Of a DNA stretch of 64,000 bases, positions 1 to 7,713 are shown piece after piece. The notes below the pieces were generated by a model. That model saw nothing but the letters and a program-made list of their open reading frames with translations, did no database searches and was not told the origin of the DNA. Position 1 is the first letter of the stretch. Every line of letters starts with the position of its first letter. Made by a program: the position numbers and the translations under genes. Source of the stretch: an uncultured Elusimicrobia bacterium (GTDB lineage Bacteria; Elusimicrobiota; Elusimicrobia; UBA1565; UBA9628); assembly GCA_964358485.1 (NCBI GenBank), contig CAYHPY010000001.1, positions 17,382 to 81,381 of the forward strand, written 5' to 3'.

Positions 1-6
1 CCGGAG

Positions 7-1455
7 ATGTTGATCGGAGTGGTCGGCATGATGGAGCAAAGCCTGGCCCGACTGCGGGCCGCGTCCTTGCCGGCCTCCGGGGGCGCTTGCGTGGAGGATT
101 ACACTCGGAAGGGATTTGATTCCTTCCTGGCCCAGGCCGAGCTCATCCCCTCCTTGTCGGGCCCGGCACGCGAGGCGGCCGCGCGGGCGCGGGAGCGCCT
201 GGCGGCGGTTCCGCCGCCGAATGCGGCCACGGCCCCGACCCCCGCCCCGGCCAAGGGCTTCTGGTCCCTGGTCCCCGCCCATTTTCTCGGGGTGCTCAAC
301 GACAACGCGCTCAAGACCTTGGTCGCGGTCTGGGTGACCGGAACCTTGGCCAAAACCTCGGCGGCGCTTTTCATGAGCCTGGCCACGGGCGCGCTGGTCC
401 TGCCCTATTTGCTGTTCTCGGTGGCCGCCGGACGCCTGTCGGATCGCGTCCACAAGGGGAAAATGGTCATCGCTCTGAAGGCCGCCGAGGTGGCGTTGGC
501 GGCGTTGGCGGTCGGGGGTCTGGCCCTGGGCAATCCGTGGATCCTCCTTGGGCTGTTGTTTCTCATGGGGACCCATAGCGCCTTCATCAGTCCGACCAAA
601 TACAGCCTTTTGCCGTCGATGGTGGCGCCCGAGCGGCTCACCAAGGCCAACGGCGTCATGGAAATGGCGAGCTTTCTGTCCTTGATGGGAGGCACGGCCG
701 CCGGCGGCCTGCTCTACTGGCTTTTCCCGGGCGCCTTGCCGGCCGCGGGGCTGTTTTTCGTCGCCGTCGCGCTTTTGGGGCTGTGGCCGAGCCTGGGGCT
801 GGCCAAAGTCGGAGCCCCGTCGCAGTCGCCCGCGCCCGAGGCGTCGGCGCCCAAGGGCCCTCCTATGTCCCGGCCCCTTTATTTGGCGGCGGCGGGACTG
901 GCCTTTTTCTGGTTCGTTTCCTCCATGCTGCAGATGAACATTTTTATGTTCGCCGAGCATGTCCTGCGCAGTTCCTCCGCGGCGGCCACCGCGCTCCTGA
1001 TGGCCTTGGGCGTGGCCACGGGCGCGGGGTCCTACGTGGCGGGCCTTCTTTCCGAGAAGTTCGAGAAGCGGGGGCTCGTCCTTGGGGCCGTGGGCGTGGC
1101 CTTGGCCCTGCTGGACCTAAGCCTCTTCGGGGGCGGGTCCTTAATCCGCGCGGTCGTCGACTTGGTCATCCTCGGATTTAGCGGGGGCTTTTTCTACATT
1201 CCGCTCAACACCTACCTCCAAAAAGGAAGCCCCGAGGCCGTCCGCGGGCGCAACATCGGCATCGCCAACGCCCTGGGATTCGGGGCGGTGCTGCTGAGCG
1301 CGGGGGCGTTCTGGGCCTTGAGTTCGGGCTTCGGCCTGGACCCCTCCGGGGTGTTTCTGGTCAATGCCGGCTTGGCCGCGGCCGTGGCCGGGGGGTTGGT
1401 CTGGAAATTAAGGAAGGTCTTCCAGGCGAAGGTCGTGGACTTCTTTAAGGTCTAG
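7..1455 (+). CDS. MFS transporter, lysophospholipid transporter LplT-like. It carries an ~85-aa N-terminal extension and the ORF may continue upstream of the window edge.
   Basis: The translation has 10-12 hydrophobic helices. The segment KGFWSLVPAHFLGVLNDNALKTLV matches the LplT/MFS N-terminus (AQFLSAFGDNAL in E. coli LplT). The frame has no stop before position 1. Confidence 0.6.
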   Translation: MLIGVVGMMEQSLARLRAASLPASGGACVEDYTRKGFDSFLAQAELIPSLSGPAREAAARARERLAAVPPPNAATAPTPAPAKGFWSLVPAHFLGVLNDNALKTLVAVWVTGTLAKTSAALFMSLATGALVLPYLLFSVAAGRLSDRVHKGKMVIALKAAEVALAALAVGGLALGNPWILLGLLFLMGTHSAFISPTKYSLLPSMVAPERLTKANGVMEMASFLSLMGGTAAGGLLYWLFPGALPAAGLFFVAVALLGLWPSLGLAKVGAPSQSPAPEASAPKGPPMSRPLYLAAAGLAFFWFVSSMLQMNIFMFAEHVLRSSSAAATALLMALGVATGAGSYVAGLLSEKFEKRGLVLGAVGVALALLDLSLFGGGSLIRAVVDLVILGFSGGFFYIPLNTYLQKGSPEAVRGRNIGIANALGFGAVLLSAGAFWALSSGFGLDPSGVFLVNAGLAAAVAGGLVWKLRKVFQAKVVDFFKV

Positions 1456-1461
1456 TCCGAA

Positions 1462-2007
1462 CTACTCGGCTTCGACGACCCAGGGGAGGCCGATCTCGTT
1501 TTCGAGATCATGCTCCGGCAGGGTGAAGGGGTGGGAGGGAGCGATCTGCTCGGGGATGGAGATTTCCTGGCCGGGGACCGCCACGGGCTCCGGGGTCTTG
1601 CCCCCTTTGTTGTCGAACATCCGGTCCAGGGCCGCGAGCTCAATTCCCTTGGGGGATTGCAGGATGCGGCGGGCGGGGGGAAGGATGGACTTGGGCCGGG
1701 GGGACGGAAGCTCCCGGGGGGTGGTGACCGGGGCGTTGGGGGCCGGAATCCGCGCGACCCAGCCGGCCTCGCCGGCGGAAGGGGCGGCGGCCACGACCGG
1801 GGCCAAAACAATGGGGATGGAGGAGCGGTTGAAATTGGGGGCCGGAAGCTGGATGCGGGGATTTCCGATGGAGACGATGGGCAGGGGCACTCCGGGCAGG
1901 ATCCGGGGGGTCAGGGGAAAGCGCTCGACCGCGGTGATGCGGACGACGCCCGCCGCGGAGGCGGTGGCCGGGATCGCGACGATCAGGGCCAGGAGCGTTT
2001 TCTTCAT
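1462..2007 (-). CDS. Secreted Pro-rich hypothetical protein.
   Basis: The ORF begins internally at MAMKKTLLALIVAIPATASAAG, which is a signal peptide. The remainder is low-complexity and Pro-rich. Confidence 0.45.
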   Translation of the reverse strand: MKKTLLALIVAIPATASAAGVVRITAVERFPLTPRILPGVPLPIVSIGNPRIQLPAPNFNRSSIPIVLAPVVAAAPSAGEAGWVARIPAPNAPVTTPRELPSPRPKSILPPARRILQSPKGIELAALDRMFDNKGGKTPEPVAVPGQEISIPEQIAPSHPFTLPEHDLENEIGLPWVVEAE

Positions 2008-2087
2008 GGCCATAGGATAGCGTTTGCGGGGAAAATGCCCTATGAGACTCGTCAACGGGCCTTATTGATCCAGGCCGTTGATCTGGA

Positions 2088-2534
2088 TCAACCTTTTTGG
2101 GTGTCCACCCAGAGGGTCACGGGGCCGTCGTTGACCGACTCCACGGCCATGTGGGCCCCGAATTCCCCGGTCCGGACCGCGACCCCCGCCTCTTCCAAGA
2201 GTGCTGCGAAGCGCAGGTAGAGGGGCTGCGCCTCGGATGGGGCCGCCGCCGAAGTGAAATCCGGGCGCCGTCCCTGCCAGGGATCGCCGAACAGCGTGAA
2301 TTGTGAGATCACCAGGGCCTGGCCTTTTTCGTCCAAAAGGGAGCGGTCGAATTTCCCCGCGGCATTGGAAAATATCCTGAGATTTAAAACCTTTTCCGAG
2401 AGCCGCCGGGCCGCCTCCTCGGTGTCTCCTTTGCCGACCCCCAGCAGGATCAGCAGGCCCGGCCCGATGGCTCGGCGCGTGCCGTCCGCAAGCAGAACCG
2501 AGGCCGAGGAAACGCGTTGGACCAGGGCTCTCAT
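2088..2534 (-). CDS. dtd: D-aminoacyl-tRNA deacylase.
   Basis: 148 aa. The sequence MRALVQRVSSASV...GPGLLILLGVGKGDT...LRIF...SLLD..GQALVISQFTL is the typical Dtd signature and length. Confidence 0.85.
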   Translation of the reverse strand: MRALVQRVSSASVLLADGTRRAIGPGLLILLGVGKGDTEEAARRLSEKVLNLRIFSNAAGKFDRSLLDEKGQALVISQFTLFGDPWQGRRPDFTSAAAPSEAQPLYLRFAALLEEAGVAVRTGEFGAHMAVESVNDGPVTLWVDTQKG

Positions 2535-2542
2535 TTTTTACA

Positions 2543-3106
2543 TCATTCCGGGATTCTGAGGTTGTCGAGGAGCGCCCGGAAAACCGGCTCGGACCGGGGA
2601 TGGCTGGAAACCGCGGCGGCGTGGACGACGGCCAGAAAGCCCGATTTCAGGGGAATGAGAACGGTGTCTTCCTTCTCCTCGGTCGTTTTCGTGGAATGGG
2701 GAACCGGGCGCTTGCGGACGGCGCTAAATCGCAGGGTTTTGCGCCCATTCCAATCCGCCTCTTGGGGGGCTTGGCTGGCGCCGCCGGAGGCGGCCTGGGC
2801 GGCGGCGTAATCCCGGGGCGTCGCGTAATGGGAGCCGGGGCCGAATTGGTAAATCGAGATCGAGGCCGAAAATGGTTTCTCCCCGTCCGGAGGGCCGAAG
2901 AAGGAGACTTTTTGAGCCCCGCCCTGGGTTTCCAGCACCCGCCACGCCGCCGGAATCTCGCAGGAGAAAGCCCCGCCGGGTTCCTGGTAAACCGCGGTCT
3001 TGGGCCCGCCCTTGGCGGGCGCTTGGTCCGAGGGTTCTTTTCCCATGCAGCCTCCCAACGCCAGGATCGCGGCCAAGGCCGCCGTAGCGCCGTAGCGGGC
3101 GTTCAT
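2543..3106 (-). CDS. Lipoprotein, hypothetical.
   Basis: Signal peptide with a lipobox-like LALGGC motif. It overlaps the upstream gene by 4 bp, consistent with an operon. Confidence 0.5.
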   Translation of the reverse strand: MNARYGATAALAAILALGGCMGKEPSDQAPAKGGPKTAVYQEPGGAFSCEIPAAWRVLETQGGAQKVSFFGPPDGEKPFSASISIYQFGPGSHYATPRDYAAAQAASGGASQAPQEADWNGRKTLRFSAVRKRPVPHSTKTTEEKEDTVLIPLKSGFLAVVHAAAVSSHPRSEPVFRALLDNLRIPE

Positions 3107-4770
3107 TTGGACCCCCGCTTGCCGCCCGTCTTTTCGTAATAGGCGGCAAGCGCCGCTTCGGCTTCCTGCAAGGTTTTAAGCGGAATCTTGTTGGGTTTGG
3201 CTTTCTGCTCCGCGAGCCAAGCGGCCAGCTTGTCCGCGCTCCGGGCCAAGGCCCGCGCGTCCCCGGCGGCGCTTCGGGCTTGGAAGGCTTCCAGGAAACG
3301 CCCCTGCCGGTCGAGGGCCTCGCCCATTTTGGAAAAGCCCTCGCGGCGCATGACCGGGTACGCGGATTGGTGGAAAGATTCCATCGCCGCCATTTGGGCC
3401 GAGGCCTCCGTCCGGATTTCCCGGGAGCCCAGTTCGTAGCCGCGAAGTTTCAGCCAGCCCGAGACGCGGGCGTAGAGTCCCTCGCCCATCAGGCGCCGGG
3501 CCAGGCCGATCCGCGTGTCCTGGATCTCTTCGGCCTTTTTCAGGTTGCCGGCGAACTGCGGCCAGGAATCCATGTATTGCCGGGTGATGGCTTCCCGCCA
3601 GCGGTCGAAATCGCCCAGAAGTTCGAGGTAGCCGCCGAACCAGGGTTCCTCCATGGTCTTGTCCGGGTCCTTGAGGAGCTTGGCGTGGATGTATTTATTC
3701 TGCATGAGGAAGGCCTCATGCTCGAACTCAAGAGCCATCACGCCGGGAGCGTTTCCCCGGACCTCTTCGACCATTAGGCCCCGGCGTTTGTCCTGCCACG
3801 CGTGAGTGAGCTCGTGAAAAAATTCCACGTCGTATTTTTGAAGCAGGGTTTCCCGGGCCTTCGGGTGATCCAGAAGATAGCGCGCCAGCTTGCCCGAGTC
3901 CTGAAGTTCCGCGCGCGTGGCCTCGCGCCGGTCCCTTGGTACCGACTCAAGCAGGCCTTCCAATACATATTCATGATTGGCCACGATGGAGCGATTTTCC
4001 GGATTGTAATGCGCCCCGGCCTGGGGGTCGATCTTCAAGACCAAAACCGGGGGTAGGACGATCTTCCCGGTTTTATCCCGGAAACCCTCCAGGACGGGGG
4101 CCGCCGCGGGGGTCCGGGCGTAGAATTCGGCCAGGTCGGCCGAGAGGGTTTCTCCCAGCCTGCGTTCCGTTTCGTTGAAGTAAACGGCCGGACGATTGGG
4201 CTCGTTCCAGCCCCCGGCCTGGACGGGAAGGGAAGCTTTGAGGCGGTCGGACAAAGTCGCCTGGCCGTCGAAGTAGCGGGTGGAGTCGGCATAGGCGCGC
4301 TCGGCCGAATCGCGGGCTCCGGCGAAATCGCGGTCGAGGTTTTCCAGGGCCTTGCGGAAATTGGCGGGCAGGGCGTCTCCTTCCGTGGATAAAAGCGCGT
4401 CCAATTCCCTCTTGTCGGCGGGAGACAATTGGCCGGCTCCCGACTTTTTGGAAAGAAGGTGATGGGCCCGTTCCAGGGCGTTGTGGCGCCGGCCCAGGAG
4501 AAGTTCTTCCAGGACCTCGGCCATTTTCCTTTCGGAAATCGGTTTTTTGGTTTCCGGAGAGAGCACCGCCCCGGTCGCTTCCTCGAAACGATACCCCATT
4601 CCAAGAATGGTGTCCCGGTCCCCGGCCTGAAGCGGCTTGCCCCTGAAATCATACTGCCGCTCGGCTTCGGCGGCCGCCGGGGCGGCCGCGGGGCCGGGGG
4701 CCGCCCGCAGGGGCAGGGGGGCCAAAGCCCAAAACAGGGCCAAAAGAGGGAGGGGGAGGCGCATCCTCAT
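3103..4770 (-). CDS. Secreted protein with a putative HExxH zinc-metallopeptidase motif.
   Basis: N-terminal signal peptide MRMRLPLPLLALFWALAPLPLRAAPG. An internal HELTH motif is followed by acidic residues about 20 aa downstream (gluzincin-like arrangement). No further family assignment is possible by eye. Confidence 0.45.
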   Translation of the reverse strand: MRMRLPLPLLALFWALAPLPLRAAPGPAAAPAAAEAERQYDFRGKPLQAGDRDTILGMGYRFEEATGAVLSPETKKPISERKMAEVLEELLLGRRHNALERAHHLLSKKSGAGQLSPADKRELDALLSTEGDALPANFRKALENLDRDFAGARDSAERAYADSTRYFDGQATLSDRLKASLPVQAGGWNEPNRPAVYFNETERRLGETLSADLAEFYARTPAAAPVLEGFRDKTGKIVLPPVLVLKIDPQAGAHYNPENRSIVANHEYVLEGLLESVPRDRREATRAELQDSGKLARYLLDHPKARETLLQKYDVEFFHELTHAWQDKRRGLMVEEVRGNAPGVMALEFEHEAFLMQNKYIHAKLLKDPDKTMEEPWFGGYLELLGDFDRWREAITRQYMDSWPQFAGNLKKAEEIQDTRIGLARRLMGEGLYARVSGWLKLRGYELGSREIRTEASAQMAAMESFHQSAYPVMRREGFSKMGEALDRQGRFLEAFQARSAAGDARALARSADKLAAWLAEQKAKPNKIPLKTLQEAEAALAAYYEKTGGKRGSK

Positions 4771-4841
4771 TAAGGATAGGGGGACATCCCGGTTTTGTCA
4801 ACGGCATTGATGCCGGTCCGTCCCAGGCCGAGCGCTCGCGC

Positions 4842-6629
4842 CTAAAACCGGCCGCCCAGGGCGGCGGTGATCCGGGCGTCCTGGTCATCCATGCTGTAGT
4901 TGTAGATCAGGCCCAAGGGGATGGGGGCGCGCCAGAAGCGGTACCAGAAGCCCAGGCCGAAGCCGCGCTTGTTGCGGCGCTCGTCGCCGTCCAGGGCCAG
5001 GCCTCCCTCGGCGAAGGCCACGCCCTCCCAGATGCCGCGTTGCGTGATGCGGAAGGGGTGGGAGTAATGAATGCCCGCGCCCGCCACGGAGTGGCCGCGG
5101 AATTCCCGGGCGTAGCCGCCGTCCAGGACCTCGGAGGTCGAGAGCAGTTGCGAGGGAGGAAGGCCCCAGCCCCTCCCCCCGGCGAAATTGAAGGTCAGCT
5201 TTTGGCGCCGTCCCCAGGAGACCACCGCGGCGGCCTTGGCGTGGACGGCTCGGTAGAAAAAGTCCGAGCCGGTCGAGGCGTTGGCGTGGACATAGCGAAC
5301 CGAGCCCCGGCCCGAATACCGGGGCGCCGTCAGGGGTTTTATTCTTTCCTCGAGGTCGGCCATGCCGAAACCAAGGATCGCTCCCAGGTCGGCTCCCCCC
5401 GCGGGGGCGGAGCGATATCCCCCGCCATAGCGAAGGGAAAGCTCGATCCGGCTTTGGCGTCCCGCGTCGGGCGGGGGCACGCCGCTCTGAGAAGAATAAC
5501 GCACCTGGTAGTATTCCCAGTTGGCCGCGACGGCGAGGTTTCCGATCGCGGGAATTCCCAGGTCCAGGGAGCCCCGCTTCTCATATTTTCCGTAGCCGCC
5601 GCCGATGGGTCCGAATTTCGCCTTGGTTTCGGCCGCGCCACCGAGATCGTCGGAGGTCGTGAACCCTCCGTCGAGGAAATATTTTTCCGAGAAATCGCGC
5701 TTGTCGTAGGAAATCTCCCCCGACCAACCCTCCCAGGTTCCCCCGACGGCGGTCCGCGCCCCGTTGCGTCCGGCCATGCCCATCGCGAAAAAGGATTCCG
5801 CCTGCCGGAGCGCGTTTCGGCCCGCCACGAAGATCCCGCCGCTGCTGCCGCCGTTGCCCGAGGCGAAAAAAGGGAAAGGGATCAGGTACCAGCCGTCGCG
5901 AAGGAAAACGTCCACGTCGGCTTCCCCGGGTCCCGCGGGCGAAGAGGAGACGACGACTTTCTTGAACAACTGCATGCGGTACAAGGCCTCGCGGGCCCGC
6001 AGGAGTCCGTCCTCCGGCAGGGGGCCGCCTTCCCTGAAGGGAAGTTTTCGCCGCAGCAGCTCTTCCTCCGTCCGATTGCCGTGAAAGCGGATGGCGCGCA
6101 CGCGGGCCGACAGGGCTCCCGGTTGCGGGAGGGCGGCGGGCCTGGAGAGGCCTTCTTCCAGCCGGCTGCGGGCCAAATCCGCCGCGAGCCCGATTTTTGT
6201 TTCCGGGCCGGGCTCGGAGCCTCCCGCTTCCTCGAAAGTGCGGATCGCCTGGGCGAACTTGGAGCGGCGCATCTGACATACCCCCAGGCCGTGGAGCAGG
6301 CGGGCCCGGAGCTCGCCCTTGAGGCCGAGGGAACCCGCCAGGGCCAAGCCTTTTTTGAAGGATTCCTCGGCGCGTTCGTATTCCCGTTGGGCGAGATTGG
6401 CGCGGCCCAGGGCTTCCTGCACGGCGGCTTGGGCCTCGCCGTCGGACCCGGCCAGGCGCTCGGCGGCCCGCAATTCCTGGAATGCGGCGCCCATCCGGTC
6501 CTCTCTTAGGAATAGATCGGCGTTTTGGAGATGGGTTTGAAGCGCGGGGACCGGGGCGGTTTCGAGGCGCTTGGGGAGGGCGCAAGCGGATCCCAGGAGC
6601 AGCGCCGCCGCCAAAGCCGGACCCCTCAA
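4842..6629 (-). CDS. Omp85/BamA-family outer-membrane protein with an N-terminal TPR region and a POTRA domain.
   Basis: Signal peptide, then TPR-like helices. A POTRA-like segment follows (IRFHGNRTEEELLRRKLPFREGGPLPEDGLL...LFKKVVV). The C-terminus is Gly/aromatic-rich beta-barrel sequence ending in a terminal F (…ALGGRF). Confidence 0.65.
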   Translation of the reverse strand: MRGPALAAALLLGSACALPKRLETAPVPALQTHLQNADLFLREDRMGAAFQELRAAERLAGSDGEAQAAVQEALGRANLAQREYERAEESFKKGLALAGSLGLKGELRARLLHGLGVCQMRRSKFAQAIRTFEEAGGSEPGPETKIGLAADLARSRLEEGLSRPAALPQPGALSARVRAIRFHGNRTEEELLRRKLPFREGGPLPEDGLLRAREALYRMQLFKKVVVSSSPAGPGEADVDVFLRDGWYLIPFPFFASGNGGSSGGIFVAGRNALRQAESFFAMGMAGRNGARTAVGGTWEGWSGEISYDKRDFSEKYFLDGGFTTSDDLGGAAETKAKFGPIGGGYGKYEKRGSLDLGIPAIGNLAVAANWEYYQVRYSSQSGVPPPDAGRQSRIELSLRYGGGYRSAPAGGADLGAILGFGMADLEERIKPLTAPRYSGRGSVRYVHANASTGSDFFYRAVHAKAAAVVSWGRRQKLTFNFAGGRGWGLPPSQLLSTSEVLDGGYAREFRGHSVAGAGIHYSHPFRITQRGIWEGVAFAEGGLALDGDERRNKRGFGLGFWYRFWRAPIPLGLIYNYSMDDQDARITAALGGRF

Positions 6630-7440
6630 CGGGTCAGCTCTTGGAACCGCGGATTATCCTTGAGGTTTTCGAAGTCCGGGTTCTTGCGGGCCTTGGCTTT
6701 CAGGGACTTGTCCCGGCGCAGGGCCTGGGCCAGTTCCTCCATGGATTCCTCCAGGGAGCCGCTCAGGCTGAGCATGGCGGCGTGGCGGTAGCGGGCCGGG
6801 GGAAACTCGGGGGCCAGCTCGGCGGCGGTCTTGGCCTCCATAAGGGCGGCCGGGGAATCGCCGCGCTCGAAAAGGAGGACGGAGTTGGCCGCGTGGGCTT
6901 GGGCGCGGACCTTTCGGATGGAGGGATCCTTGATTCGCGTCAGGATGTATTGGAAATACGGCCGGGGCGACTCCTTGAAACGGTAGACGAGCAGGGCGCA
7001 GGTGGCCAGGGGAGAATAGTGGATTTCGGAGAGCTTGAAGGTGGGGGGCGGCCAACCCGTGGCGGCGGCCGCGGAAAGGGAGGCGGTGCTCAGGAGCACG
7101 TCCTCCAGGGGTTGGCGCTCCTCCAGGGACAGAAGCTTTTCGACGGTCCCGGGACGATTGTAGTCGTGCTTGGCGAGGTAGGCCCGGGCGTTTTTGGCGT
7201 CGGCCTCCTCGTATGTGTAGAGTCCGTCCCGGGTCATCAGCCAGTGAATCTCCGGTTGGCTTTCCCCGGGGGCCAGGGACAGGCTCCCGATCAAGGTGAC
7301 GATCGGGTCGGGCATTTTGACCGTCGCGGGGTCGGGATAGCCGAAATGGGCGACCCCGACCGAACAGCCCTGATTCCAACCGACGACTTCGAGCTTCTCC
7401 TGGAAAACATGCTGAGCGACGCCCTCCGGGCGGAGGGTTA
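6626..7440 (-). CDS. Hypothetical protein, upstream partner of the Omp85-family gene. The start is uncertain and probably non-ATG.
   Basis: About 230 aa of the C-terminus are well-behaved (KAFLLILTL...MPDPIVTLIG...TPR-like tail). It overlaps the downstream gene by 4 bp. The upstream part of the ORF is Arg/Pro-rich GC-artefact translation. Confidence 0.4.
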
Positions 7441-7713
7441 GGATCAGGAGAAACGCTTTGAGGCTAGTCCCGATTAAGGACGGCCAATTCCCGCGCCATG
7501 CGCTTGCGGCCGGCGCAGTCGCGGAGCTGGTACTCCCTTTGAAGTTCGGAGAGCCATTCCCGAAGGATGCAGGACGCGGCGTTTTCGAGCGGATCGGACG
7601 CGGCCTTGCGGGCCGCGCGGGGTTGGGTGATTGTTTGCATACCACATACAAATAGCCCCCGCGGGCCGGGCGCGCCTGGGTCCTTGGGCCCAGGCCTAAA
7701 TAGGTCTTAAGTC

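Noticed and set aside
5040-6509. Long + strand ORF (489 aa) antisense to the Omp85-family gene. Similar long antisense ORFs occur elsewhere: 14781-16268 and 14986-16395 opposite rel, 26032-30219 (1395 aa) opposite bamA and the MIPS gene, 35821-37626 opposite pilM, 19913-21049, 21723-22748, and 23567-25162.
   Set aside because: Their translations are Arg/Gly/Pro/Ala-rich low-complexity sequences, typical of stop-codon-poor alternative frames in ~70% GC DNA. Each lies opposite a gene with clear family signatures, so they are GC-content artefacts rather than coding regions.
7458-7655. 65-aa ORF in the recG-downstream intergenic region.
   Set aside because: No recognisable motif, no RBS, and the same GC-rich composition as the surrounding non-coding DNA. 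Probably spurious.
7600-7713. Possible tRNA or terminator downstream of recG (GC-rich inverted repeats CCTGGGTCC…GGCCCAGG).
   Set aside because: No T-loop (GGTTCGAATCC-like) or cloverleaf could be traced. The inverted repeat is imperfect and lacks a U-run, so it is not reported as a feature.
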